A stretch of 60,411 bases of DNA, counting the filler. It is 5 parts of 5 records of this genome, joined end to end, with 100 filler letters (N's around TTAATTAATTAA, not from the genome) between each part and the next. Parts side by side here need not be neighbours in the genome. Positions count along the whole stretch, not along the records: positions 49,537 to 60,411 come from DRR723986_1776; 4 more parts are not named here. One strand, given 5' to 3'. Position numbers and translations under genes: made by a program. Below the pieces are notes generated by a model. The model saw only the letters and a program-made list of their open reading frames with translations, had not been told where the DNA came from and did not search any database. Within the stretch, counting starts at the first letter, position 1; each line of letters starts with the position of its first letter. Positions 51,769-60,411 of the stretch are shown here, one piece after another.

Positions 51769-53021
51769 TGCGCGGCTTTCCAGCGGCCATATTCTTCCGT
51801 CAGGAACTCGGCCCATTTGTCGGCCACTTCCTGAGCGGAGATTTCACCCAGGAGGGCTTCCTGGCTGGATTCCAGGGCGATGGAGTCCGCGAAGTAACCG
51901 AACTGCTCCAGATAGGTCGGCATGACCGTCGGGATGTACTGGTCGCCGTTCAGGGTGTCGAACCAGCCCTTGAACTGCTCGGTCTTGAAGTACGGATCCT
52001 GCTCTGCACCTTCATGGATCGGAATGACGCCAACGCGCTTTGCCCATTCCTTGTTGGTTTCCGGGCTGGACAGATGCGCAATCAGCTTCCACGAAAGGTC
52101 TTCGTTGCTGGTCGTGTCGAACATCGCCCAACCGGCGAAACCGATGGTCGGGAAGGCCTTGCCGGCCGGACCGACAGGCATCGGAACCACAGCGAAGTCT
52201 TCTGGCGCCATACGCTCGGCAACCGCGATCAGCGCATCCGGGTCCTGATCGAGGAACGCACAGGTTCCCGAATAGAAGCCAGCCACGATCTCGTTGAAGC
52301 CCCAGCTGACGGAATCCTTCGGGGCATAGCCGTTCTGGTACATGTCGATCAGGAACTGGATGCCTTCGACGGAACCCGGCTGGTTGAGCGTGCTCTTGCC
52401 ATCCGCGTCAAAGAAGGTGTTGTCCCCGTTCATGGTGGCGGCCATCATGATCCAGCCGTTGAGCCCACCAGGTCCGCCCCGGAGACAATATCCGTATTTT
52501 CCGTCCAGTTCGGAAACGGCCTTGGCCGCATCCATGAATTCCGCCATCGTGCTCGGCGGATTTTCGACACCGGCTTCCGCCAGCAGCTTCTTGTTGTAGA
52601 ACATGGCGCGCAGATAGAAGCCGTAGGGGATCATCCGTGCCGTCTTGCCGTCGGTCTGGCGGCCCATGTCCAGAGTTTTCTGGGTCAGCGTGCCACCATA
52701 TTCCCAACCGGCGATCTTGTCGTTCAGATCGACCAGCCTGTCCTTGTAGATGCCCGCCCAACGGTCCGGCATTTCAACGACATCGGGAATGTCGCCACCG
52801 GCCACCATGGTTGCCAGCTTTTCAAAGGCCTGGCCCCAGGGCAACGAGACGATTTCAACTTCCGTGCCCGGGTTCGCTGCCTCGAAGGCGTCCACTTGCT
52901 TCTGCAGTACTTCCGTGCGCTCCGGGCTGGTGATCACTTCCACCAACTTCAGGGTTTCCGCGCTCGCTGCCGAGCCTGCCAGAAACGCCAATGCGCTAAT
53001 TGCTCCTATCAGTCCCCTCAT
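51765..53021 (-). CDS. Carbohydrate ABC substrate-binding protein
   Basis: Signal peptide; FEAANP..EV and MFYNK.L...G...PP.T motifs. Confidence 0.9.
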   Translation of the reverse strand: MRGLIGAISALAFLAGSAASAETLKLVEVITSPERTEVLQKQVDAFEAANPGTEVEIVSLPWGQAFEKLATMVAGGDIPDVVEMPDRWAGIYKDRLVDLNDKIAGWEYGGTLTQKTLDMGRQTDGKTARMIPYGFYLRAMFYNKKLLAEAGVENPPSTMAEFMDAAKAVSELDGKYGYCLRGGPGGLNGWIMMAATMNGDNTFFDADGKSTLNQPGSVEGIQFLIDMYQNGYAPKDSVSWGFNEIVAGFYSGTCAFLDQDPDALIAVAERMAPEDFAVVPMPVGPAGKAFPTIGFAGWAMFDTTSNEDLSWKLIAHLSSPETNKEWAKRVGVIPIHEGAEQDPYFKTEQFKGWFDTLNGDQYIPTVMPTYLEQFGYFADSIALESSQEALLGEISAQEVADKWAEFLTEEYGRWKAAQ

Positions 53022-53065
53022 GGTTCAACTCCGCTTCTTTCAGGTTTGGTTTGAATTGCGCCGTC

Positions 53066-54229
53066 TTATGTCCGGGCGCTTTTGCTCAGGGCCGCCTCGA
53101 AGTCGGCCCAAAGATCGTTGGGGTCTTCCAACCCCAGGCTGAGGCGTACGATCCGGTCGGATACGCCAAAGCGTTGCATTGAATTCTGCTCACCGGCCTG
53201 GTTGAGGCCGATGCGTGTCGGCAGAATCAGGCTTTCGAAACCACCCCAGCTCACGCCAAGGCGGAACAGCTTCAAGCTGTCGGCAAGGTTCGGGATGTCG
53301 ACGTTGTCGTTCAGCGCGACGGACAACAGGCCCGAGCGGCCAGTCAGACCGGGCACGATGTTCGGACCGGGCGAATGCACCGCACTGACATGCGGGTGGC
53401 TCGCCAGCCGGTCAACAAACAGGTTCGCGGTCGCCTGATGCTGGCGCATGCGCGGGCCGAGGGTGCGCAGTCCCCGGGTCAGCAGAAAAGCCTCGAATGG
53501 GGCAAGCTTGCCGCCGAGCAGCGGCAGGGTCAGGTCCCGGATCCGATCGATCAGGTCCTGGCCCGCCACCACCACACCGGCAACCGTGTCGGAATGGCCG
53601 GACAGGTACTTGGAGGCAGAATGCAGAACGATGTCGATGCCGAGGGTCAGTGGGCGCTGGAAGAGCGGTGTTGCCCAGGAGTTGTCGATTACGGTGATCG
53701 TGCCGTGCTTTTTCGCATGTGAGGCGACAACTCCGAGATCCAGCGTCTTGAAGACGACGGAGGTCGGGCTTTCCAGATAGGCGAGCTTCACGCCCTTGAG
53801 CAGATCCGGATCCGACTGGAACTCCTCAATTGAATGATAGGTAACCCCGACGCCAAACGGGCGCAGCATACGCTCGAACAGGCGATAGGCGTCCGGATAG
53901 ACATGTTCGATGCAGGCGATGCGGTCACCCGGCTTGACGAAGGCAAGAACGGTGGAGGAGACCGCTGCCATGCCGGACGCAAATCCGACAGCAGCTTCAC
54001 CCTCTTCCGCCTGGGCCATCAGCTTTTCAAAGGCTGCCACAGTGGGGTTCTGAACCCGTGTGTAGAGCGGCTCGTTGGAGCGGCCCGCCATCCGGTCTTC
54101 GAAGGCCTTGTAGTTGTCGAAGGTGAAGAGAGACGTCTGCACGATCGGCGGCGCCACAGCGCCTCCTGTCTCGGCAGCAGCCGCCAGCAGCGTCTCGATC
54201 GAATATCCACCCGGCACAGCGTCAGCCAT
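53066..54229 (-). CDS. Cys/Met metabolism PLP-dependent enzyme (cystathionine gamma-synthase/lyase family)
   Basis: YTRVQNPT, FASGMAA, LESP, DNSWATP, SASKYLSGHSD and SWGG.ESL motifs. Confidence 0.9.
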   Translation of the reverse strand: MADAVPGGYSIETLLAAAAETGGAVAPPIVQTSLFTFDNYKAFEDRMAGRSNEPLYTRVQNPTVAAFEKLMAQAEEGEAAVGFASGMAAVSSTVLAFVKPGDRIACIEHVYPDAYRLFERMLRPFGVGVTYHSIEEFQSDPDLLKGVKLAYLESPTSVVFKTLDLGVVASHAKKHGTITVIDNSWATPLFQRPLTLGIDIVLHSASKYLSGHSDTVAGVVVAGQDLIDRIRDLTLPLLGGKLAPFEAFLLTRGLRTLGPRMRQHQATANLFVDRLASHPHVSAVHSPGPNIVPGLTGRSGLLSVALNDNVDIPNLADSLKLFRLGVSWGGFESLILPTRIGLNQAGEQNSMQRFGVSDRIVRLSLGLEDPNDLWADFEAALSKSART

Positions 54230-54980
54230 CGTGTTCCTCTGAAATTTTCTGGGTTTCGGCACAGACCATATCGATGATCATCTCGGTCAGTTCCGCTGCC
54301 TTGTCCTCGTCACCGGCGATGATCGCGTCGGCAAGCGGGCGGTGCAGCGGAATGGTGTCCTGGCCGAGATGCGGCTTGCCGAACGGTGTTTCGTAAATGT
54401 CGTGAAAGGCTTTCTGGATCTGTTCGATGAACTGCCTGAACAGGGGATTGCCGGTCGCATCGTGAACGGCGTTGTGAAACCGATGGTCGGCCGGGCGCCA
54501 GTCTTCACCGGCTTCGAACACAGCCATCAGTTCCGCCGCCCGGGCATTGATGATGCGGCGCTGTTCCGGCGTTGCGGATCTCGTTGCGATACGCACCGAT
54601 TCGATTTCCAGAGGCCGTCGAACCTGCTGCATTCGCAACAGGCTCTCGGCTTCATGTTTGATGGTGAGGGCCACGCGCAGTGTATTGGTTGATATTTCCG
54701 CGATGAGCCTTGTGCCGGCTCCTTTGTTGCGGCTGACGACGCCCATGCTTTCCCAGGTCTTGAGCGTCTCGCGAATGGTCGACCTGCCAAAGCCGAGACG
54801 GCGCACAAGCTCCAGTTCCGGCGGCAGACGATCCCCGATCTTGAGGCCTTCCTGCTCGATGAGGCTGATCAGGGCTCGCGGCACATCCCGCGGCTCACTC
54901 GCTGCTGCAGACCCCGTTTCCGGTTTCGGCTGTTGTGCATTTTCCGGCATGGACAGATGTCGACCTTCTTTGTTTGCCAT
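54222..54980 (-). CDS. FadR/GntR family transcriptional regulator
   Basis: GDRLPPE.EL...G.GRST.RE HTH plus FCD domain (D..FH...H); start may be 54950. Confidence 0.88.
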   Translation of the reverse strand: MANKEGRHLSMPENAQQPKPETGSAAASEPRDVPRALISLIEQEGLKIGDRLPPELELVRRLGFGRSTIRETLKTWESMGVVSRNKGAGTRLIAEISTNTLRVALTIKHEAESLLRMQQVRRPLEIESVRIATRSATPEQRRIINARAAELMAVFEAGEDWRPADHRFHNAVHDATGNPLFRQFIEQIQKAFHDIYETPFGKPHLGQDTIPLHRPLADAIIAGDEDKAAELTEMIIDMVCAETQKISEEHDG

Positions 54981-54990
54981 CTCACGTTAC

Positions 54991-55041
54991 CACTTTGTCT
55001 GACATTGTAAACACTTTGTCTGACATAATTTTCAGACAAAG
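54991..55041. promoter_or_regulatory. FadR-type operator array
   Basis: Exact 15-bp direct repeat CACTTTGTCTGACAT at 54991 and 55012 (21-bp period), plus inverted TCAGACAAAG at 55032-55041. Confidence 0.8.
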
Positions 55042-55145
55042 CGCCACCCCGTTTAAACAATTGTTTTATTGAGTGAATTTTACAATCTTGCGAAGAGCAC
55101 CTGCCACCGCAGCTCCACGCCTCTCACAACAATCACCCTCACCAT

Positions 55146-55276
55146 CGTCATCCCGGCCAAGCAACGCGCGAGCCGGGATCGGGGAGCCGCCGGCAGCGGC
55201 GGCAAGTCCCCCCGCCCTATCGACTGGCCCCGGTTCCCCGGTCCCGGATCTTCACTGCGCTCCGTCCGGGAAGACG
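55146..55276. repeat. REP/RPE-like palindromic intergenic element
   Basis: CGTCATCCCGG...GCGAGCCGGGATC...GGTCCCGGATC...CCGGGAAGACG with terminal inverted repeats. Confidence 0.7.
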
Positions 55277-55328
55277 AAATCGAGGTGGGAGATTGTCCCG
55301 AAGGCGGCCTGTCGCGGAGGCTGTAAAC

Positions 55329-55354
55329 AAAAGCCCGGCACGAGGTGCCGGGCT
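55329..55354 (-). terminator. Intrinsic terminator after the RidA gene
   Basis: AAA-AGCCCGGCAC-GAG-GTGCCGGGCT. Confidence 0.7.
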
Positions 55355-55385
55355 GCTGATGGTTCCAACAGGACTGTTTTGAGGG

Positions 55386-55781
55386 TCAGCCGACCTGGGC
55401 GGTTGCCTCGATTTCGATCAATGCATCGTCCTCGATGAGGCCAGCCACCACGACGACCGACATGGCCGGGAAATGCCGCCCCATCACCCGGCGGTAGGCT
55501 TCACCGACTTCTCTCTGCCGGGCAAGATATTCGCGTTTGTCCGTAATGAACCATGTCAGGCGGGCGATATCGGTCACGGCTCCACCGGCGGCCTCGACGA
55601 TAGCCACAATGTTGGCGAGCGTCTGTTCCATCTGGCCGACGAAGTCACTGGTTTCAAAGACCTGGTCCTTGTTCCAGCCGATCTGGCCGCCGATATGGAG
55701 CGTCTTGCCCTCCGTCAACATGCCGTTTGCATAGCCTTTTGCCGGGGCCCAGCCGTCGGGTTGAATGCTTTTGACCGTCAT
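55386..55781 (-). CDS. RidA/YjgF family protein
   Basis: P.GW...KGYANG, GQIGW, G.HFPAM and EIEATA motifs. Confidence 0.9.
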   Translation of the reverse strand: MTVKSIQPDGWAPAKGYANGMLTEGKTLHIGGQIGWNKDQVFETSDFVGQMEQTLANIVAIVEAAGGAVTDIARLTWFITDKREYLARQREVGEAYRRVMGRHFPAMSVVVVAGLIEDDALIEIEATAQVG

Positions 55782-55881
55782 TGATCCTGACTTTCCTTGT
55801 CTTCCGGATCAGCTGAAAATCAATCCGACTGGATTGAACTCTCAAGGCTGATCGCTCCCTACCTGTTGAACCGGTCGGCGC

Positions 55882-56286
55882 TCAAGCGAGTGCCGACTGG
55901 TCCAGAAATCGTTGTTTTACCTGTTCCGGCCATGGCTCCGGTTTGCCGCTGCTGTCCACGTTGACGATGGTCAGCTCGGTCTGGAAGCGCACCTCGCCAT
56001 CGCATTGCGCGCTGATTGCGATGCCGCAACTGGTCCGGCCAACCTTGGTCACGTTCAAGCCGAGCACCAGAAGATCGCCCAGTTTGCTCGGAGCCATGAA
56101 ACGCGTACGAATTTCCGCAGTCGGTACGGCCCCCACCTTGTGAATGTCCTTGAACGGCCATTCGACGACCTTGTCGAAAAAGGCTTCGACACAATCGTTC
56201 ATCATCTCGAAATAGCGGGGATAGAAGACAATCCCCGCCGGATCGCAATGCTTGAACAAGATGGGTTGCTCGAACCGGAACATCAC
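55882..56286 (-). CDS. Acyl-CoA thioesterase (4-hydroxybenzoyl-CoA thioesterase family)
   Basis: F.HCDPAGIVFYPRY motif. Confidence 0.9.
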   Translation of the reverse strand: MMFRFEQPILFKHCDPAGIVFYPRYFEMMNDCVEAFFDKVVEWPFKDIHKVGAVPTAEIRTRFMAPSKLGDLLVLGLNVTKVGRTSCGIAISAQCDGEVRFQTELTIVNVDSSGKPEPWPEQVKQRFLDQSALA

Positions 56287-56976
56287 TCAAACTCCGATGT
56301 ACTTGGCAGTGACGTCGTCGGTCAGAGCATCAATACCGCCAGTCCAGACGGATGTGCCGCGCTCCAGGATCGTCGCCCGGTCGCAAACCTGGCGCAGTTC
56401 CTTGATCGACTTGTCGATGACGAGGATCGCGAGCCCCGTTTCCGCCTTCAACTGACGGATCACGGCCCAGATTTCCTGACGGATGACAGGGGCCAGACCT
56501 TCGGTCGCTTCGTCCAGGATCAGCAGCTTCGGGTTGGTCATCAGGGCTCGGCCAATGGCGAGCATCTGCTGTTCGCCACCCGACAGCGAACCCGCCCGCT
56601 GGCCGCGCCGTTCACCAAGCCGCGGAAACATGCCGATGACGCGTTCGAAGGTCCAGTCGCCGCGCCGAGCTGCCGCGATCAGGTTTTCCTGAACGCTCAA
56701 GGTGCTGAAACAGCGACGGCCTTCCGGAACAAGGCCCAGTCCCAACCGGGCAGCCTTGTGGCTCGGCAGGCGGGCAAGGTCATGACCGGCAAATGTCAGC
56801 GAGCCTTGCGCGGAGAGCATCCGGCAAATGCATTTGACCGTGGTCGACTTGCCCATGCCGTTGCGGCCGAGCAGTGCCAGCACTTCGCCCTCGCCGATTT
56901 CCAGATCCACGCCGAAAAGTGCCTGGCTGGCGCCATAGGAGGCCGTCACGTTGGACAGTGTCAGAAGACTGCTCAT
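56287..56976 (-). CDS. Liv-type ABC ATP-binding protein (LivF-like)
   Basis: GRNGMGKST and LSGGEQQML motifs. Confidence 0.9.
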   Translation of the reverse strand: MSSLLTLSNVTASYGASQALFGVDLEIGEGEVLALLGRNGMGKSTTVKCICRMLSAQGSLTFAGHDLARLPSHKAARLGLGLVPEGRRCFSTLSVQENLIAAARRGDWTFERVIGMFPRLGERRGQRAGSLSGGEQQMLAIGRALMTNPKLLILDEATEGLAPVIRQEIWAVIRQLKAETGLAILVIDKSIKELRQVCDRATILERGTSVWTGGIDALTDDVTAKYIGV

Positions 56977-57722
56977 GCTTCGTCTCCCAGGTAAGCTTCC
57001 TTGACGGCGGCGTTGGACCGGATTTCATCGACCGTGCCGGTGGCAATCACCTCGCCGTACACCAGCACACTGATACGGTCTGCCAGCGAGAAGACCGCGT
57101 CCATGTCGTGTTCGACGAGAAGGATCGGCGCTTCGTGCCGGAGCTGATCGAGAAAACCGGTGAGCAGCTTCGAGCCTTCAGAGCCCATGCCTGCCATGGG
57201 TTCATCCATGACAAGCGCCTTTGGTTTCTGCGTCAGCGCAACGGCCACTTCCAGCTGACGGCGCTGACCGTGACTGAGCTCCGCCGTGCGCATGCGGGCC
57301 TGGTCCAACAGGCCGACACGGGCGAGCGCTTCTTCGGCGGTTTCACGCAAGGAGGTGTCCTGGGTCACGTTGGAGAAGAACCTCCAGGGCCGACCGCTGG
57401 CGCCCAGTGCCCCCAGCAGAACGTTCTGGAGAACCGTGTCTTCCATGGCCAGCGAAGAGATCTGGAAGGTACGCCCGAGGCCGGCACGCGCACGGGCGCG
57501 TGTCGGCTGATGCGTCACGTCCCTGCCCAGCAGGCGAACCGACCCGGCATCAGGCCGCAGTGTTCCGCAAATCTGCCCGATCAGGGTGGACTTGCCGGCG
57601 CCATTGGGACCGATGATCGCGTGGATCTCGCCAGGCTTCAGATCGATGGAGATGTCACGGCTGGCTCGCAAGGCACCAAAGCTCTTGGAAATGCCGTTTG
57701 TTTGCAGGACAGCATCAGTCAT
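56973..57722 (-). CDS. Liv-type ABC ATP-binding protein (LivG-like)
   Basis: GPNGAGKST, RTFQI, LSHGQ, VEHDM and AYLG motifs. Confidence 0.9.
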   Translation of the reverse strand: MTDAVLQTNGISKSFGALRASRDISIDLKPGEIHAIIGPNGAGKSTLIGQICGTLRPDAGSVRLLGRDVTHQPTRARARAGLGRTFQISSLAMEDTVLQNVLLGALGASGRPWRFFSNVTQDTSLRETAEEALARVGLLDQARMRTAELSHGQRRQLEVAVALTQKPKALVMDEPMAGMGSEGSKLLTGFLDQLRHEAPILLVEHDMDAVFSLADRISVLVYGEVIATGTVDEIRSNAAVKEAYLGDEA

Positions 57723-58698
57723 GAACAGCCTCCCGTCCGCAAATCATGCCGATCACACCGCCCTTGCCGAAGAGCACGATGACCAGAAGCAACAGCCCCA
57801 GGTAGATGTGCCAGAAGTCGCTCAAGGCTCCGAGCCAGTGCTCCAGCGCAACAAAGACCAGCGCACCGACCACAGGACCGAAAAGCCGTCCCACCCCACC
57901 GATGATGATGAAGATCATGATCTCGCCACTGGTCTGCCAGCTGAACATCGTCGGACTGACGAAACGGTTGAGGTCGGCAAACAGCGCCCCCGCGAGACCC
58001 GTGATGGCGCCGGACACAACGAAGGCAACGAGCTTCAGTCGCACCGGGTCCAGTCCCGCGGTCTCCACGCGAACGGGAACCTGCCGGGCAGCATTGAGAG
58101 CAAGACCAAATGGAGACCCCGACAGCCGCCATGTAAACAGCAGCACAAGGCACAAAAGCCCCAGGCAAAGCCCGTAGAACTGGATTGGGTCCAGCGTATT
58201 GAGCCCCGGAAATCCGTTGCGGACATAGATCGACAGTCCGTCCTCTCCGCCATATTCCGCCCAGGAAATGGCAAAGAAGAAGAACATCTGGCCAAAGGCC
58301 AGCGTGATCATGATGAAGTAGACCCCTGCCGTTCTCAAGGACAGGATCCCGATCACCAGCGCAGCCAGGGAAGACACCACGACGGCTACAAGCCAGATCA
58401 CCGGCATGGACTTCGTGCCTTCGATCAGGAATGGCCACTCGGTGAGCGCGGTATAGTTCTGGGCATGGTAGGCGAGGATACCCATGGCATAACCGCCGAG
58501 GCCGAAGAAGACCGCGTGACCGAGACTGACCAGCCCGCCAAGGCCGAGCGCGATGTTGAGGCCAACGGCCGCGATCGCAAAGACGACGGCACGCGTCATC
58601 AGCGTAATGGTGAAGGGTTCTTCCGCCGAGATCGCCCAAAAAGGGATCGCGACGAAGAGCGCCAGCGTCAGCGCATTGAGATAGCGTTCCCGGATCAT
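57715..58698 (-). CDS. Liv-type ABC permease (LivM-like)
   Basis: G.GGLVSLGHA, GVYFIMITLAF and GG.DG motifs. Confidence 0.9.
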   Translation of the reverse strand: MIRERYLNALTLALFVAIPFWAISAEEPFTITLMTRAVVFAIAAVGLNIALGLGGLVSLGHAVFFGLGGYAMGILAYHAQNYTALTEWPFLIEGTKSMPVIWLVAVVVSSLAALVIGILSLRTAGVYFIMITLAFGQMFFFFAISWAEYGGEDGLSIYVRNGFPGLNTLDPIQFYGLCLGLLCLVLLFTWRLSGSPFGLALNAARQVPVRVETAGLDPVRLKLVAFVVSGAITGLAGALFADLNRFVSPTMFSWQTSGEIMIFIIIGGVGRLFGPVVGALVFVALEHWLGALSDFWHIYLGLLLLVIVLFGKGGVIGMICGREAVHD

Positions 58699-59615
58699 GC
58701 GCGCGCTCCGAACAGACCGGCAGGACGCAGGATCAGCACCGCAGCCATGAGGATATAGATCGCCATGGAGGCGAGCGAGGATCCGACGGACGTGGCTGTC
58801 GACGGATCGAGGAACAGCTTCAGGATTTCCGGCAGGAAGATGCCGCCGAGCGTATCGGTCAATCCAACCAGGATAGCGCCCACAAGCGCCCCCTTGATGG
58901 AGCCGATGCCGCCGATGACGATGACGACGAAAGCCAGGATCAACACCGGTTCCCCCATGCCGACCTGCACCGACTGGATGGCACCGACCAGGGCGCCGGC
59001 AAGACCTGCCAGAGCGGCGCCAAGCGCGAAGACGATGGTATAGAGCCGCGCAATGTCGATGCCGAGGGCCGCGATCATCTCGCGGTCATTTTCCCCTGCC
59101 CTGATCTGCACACCGAGACGCGTCCTGGAAATCAGCATCCAGAGACCGAGCGCAACGGCAAGGCCGACGGCAATCAGCGTCAGCCGGTAGAGAGGATATT
59201 CGATGCCGCCCGGCAACGTGACCGGGCCGGACAGGAATTCCGGCACGTCGAGAAACAGCGGAAAGGAACCGAAGATCCAGCGCGTTCCTTCGGAGAAGAT
59301 CAGGATCAGCGCGAATGTCGCCAGCACCTGATCCAGATGATCCTTGGCGTAAAGCCGGCGGATGACCACCAACTCGACCAAGGCGCCCGCGATGGCAGCA
59401 CCGGCAAGTGCCGCCACGAGGCCCAGCAGAAACGATCCGGTTGCAGCCGCAACAGCCGCCGCGCAGAACGCCCCGATCATGTAAAGCGAACCATGGGCAA
59501 GGTTGATCAAACCCATGACGCCGAAGATCAAGGTCAGCCCGGCGGCCATCAGAAACAGCATGATGCCGAATTGCAGGCCGTTCAGAACCTGCTCTATGAG
59601 CAATATCAGTGACAT
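58695..59615 (-). CDS. Liv-type ABC permease (LivH-like)
   Basis: GLTLIFGVM..INLAHG, GG.GSI.G and RP.GLFG motifs. Confidence 0.9.
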   Translation of the reverse strand: MSLILLIEQVLNGLQFGIMLFLMAAGLTLIFGVMGLINLAHGSLYMIGAFCAAAVAAATGSFLLGLVAALAGAAIAGALVELVVIRRLYAKDHLDQVLATFALILIFSEGTRWIFGSFPLFLDVPEFLSGPVTLPGGIEYPLYRLTLIAVGLAVALGLWMLISRTRLGVQIRAGENDREMIAALGIDIARLYTIVFALGAALAGLAGALVGAIQSVQVGMGEPVLILAFVVIVIGGIGSIKGALVGAILVGLTDTLGGIFLPEILKLFLDPSTATSVGSSLASMAIYILMAAVLILRPAGLFGARA

Positions 59616-59672
59616 GAGTACCCCGCCCCTTTGGCCGGCGCGGTTTCCCGCACCGGCTTTTGGGTCAATACC

Positions 59673-60411
59673 TTACATGTTGCACTCGGACCAGTAGGCA
59701 TCCGCATGGCTGGTCAAGGCCTTGCCGATGATCTTGTTGGTGTAGACGTCACCTTCCTTGATGACTTCGCGGACGTAGATGTCCTGGATCGGGTGATGGT
59801 TCGGACCGAACTTGAAGCCACCACGAGTGGAAGCGAAATCAGCTTCTTCCAGCGCCGCGCGGAACGCGTCAGCATCCTTCACGTCCGCCTTGGCCATGGC
59901 CGAAAGCAGCAGATTGGCGGTATCGAAGCCCTGCGAAGCGTAAAGCGACGGCAGGCGGCCGTACTCGGCCTGGAAGCTCTCAACAAAGGCCTTGTTGGCC
60001 GGGGAGTCGATGTCCTTGCTCCACTGGCTGGTGTTCTTGACACCAAGCGCCGCATCGCCAACGGCCTGCAGAATGCCCTGATCGAAGGAGAAAGCAGGTC
60101 CGATTACCGGCAGGTCGACACCGGAGTCCTTGTACTGCTTCAGGAAGGAGATCCCCATGCCGCCCGGCAGGAAGAAATAGACACTGTCTGCACCGGAGGC
60201 ACGGATCTGCGCGATTTCAGCCGCGTAGTCGGTCTGACCCAGCTTGGTGTAGATTTCGCCCGCGAACTCGCCCTTGTACATGCGCTTGTAGCCGGTCAGC
60301 GCGTCCTTGCCGGCCGGGTAGTTCGGCGCAAGCAGGAAGCTGTTCTTCAGGCCTTCGAAATTGGCATAGGCGCCGGCAGCTTCATGCAGGTTGTCGTTCT
60401 GCCAGGCGACG
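59673..60411 (-). CDS. Liv-type ABC substrate-binding protein, aromatic-acid-binding type (partial)
   Basis: WQNDN.HEA, APNYPAGKD..TG.KR, F.PGGMGI.F.KQ and RG.F.F..NH.P.Q motifs. Confidence 0.88.
   Translation of the reverse strand, partial: VAWQNDNLHEAAGAYANFEGLKNSFLLAPNYPAGKDALTGYKRMYKGEFAGEIYTKLGQTDYAAEIAQIRASGADSVYFFLPGGMGISFLKQYKDSGVDLPVIGPAFSFDQGILQAVGDAALGVKNTSQWSKDIDSPANKAFVESFQAEYGRLPSLYASQGFDTANLLLSAMAKADVKDADAFRAALEEADFASTRGGFKFGPNHHPIQDIYVREVIKEGDVYTNKIIGKALTSHADAYWSECNM

Noticed and set aside
54991-55026. Direct repeats as a mini-CRISPR
   Set aside because: Only two 15-bp units with a 6-bp gap and no cas genes. Better explained as an operator.
59633-59660. Hairpin between the SBP gene and the LivH-like gene, as a possible sRNA
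   Set aside because: A typical intercistronic stem-loop that stabilises SBP mRNA in ABC operons.

Overview
The window is not one locus. It is five contigs joined by identical 100-bp artificial spacers (N44-TTAATTAATTAA-N44), at 1-7276, 7377-13156, 13257-40140, 40241-49436 and 49537-60411. All look alphaproteobacterial, but probably come from more than one genome. By gene style (inference), contig 1 is Rhodobacteraceae-like, contigs 2-3 are Hyphomonadaceae-like and contigs 4-5 are Roseibium/Labrenzia-like. Most of the content is housekeeping or metabolic: argE, ribA, a cenR-like regulator, pnp, fatty-acid/CoA enzymes, hisI, cobST, rpmB, rluD, phoD, purEK, a GldAFG-like ABC system, acnA, flhA, mtnA, and sugar and Liv-type ABC transporters. 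I found no CRISPR array, tRNA/rRNA, transposase or phage genes. The most interesting signals are small and sit mostly on contig 4. (1) A tandem pair of basic, Q/N-rich 91-aa paralogues lies next to flhA, each with its own CtrA-type box at the same distance from the start. (2) An unannotated two-small-ORF cassette (39 and 37 aa) has SD sites, a LysR-type operator and its own terminator. (3) An Arg-rich 23-codon leader ORF with five rare CGA codons and competing hairpins precedes a GNAT gene. Other candidates are a SuhB/MmgR-like sRNA behind the cenR-like gene, a FadR-controlled sugar-ABC plus PLP C-S-lyase-family operon with a clear operator array, and a catalytically degenerate SDR.
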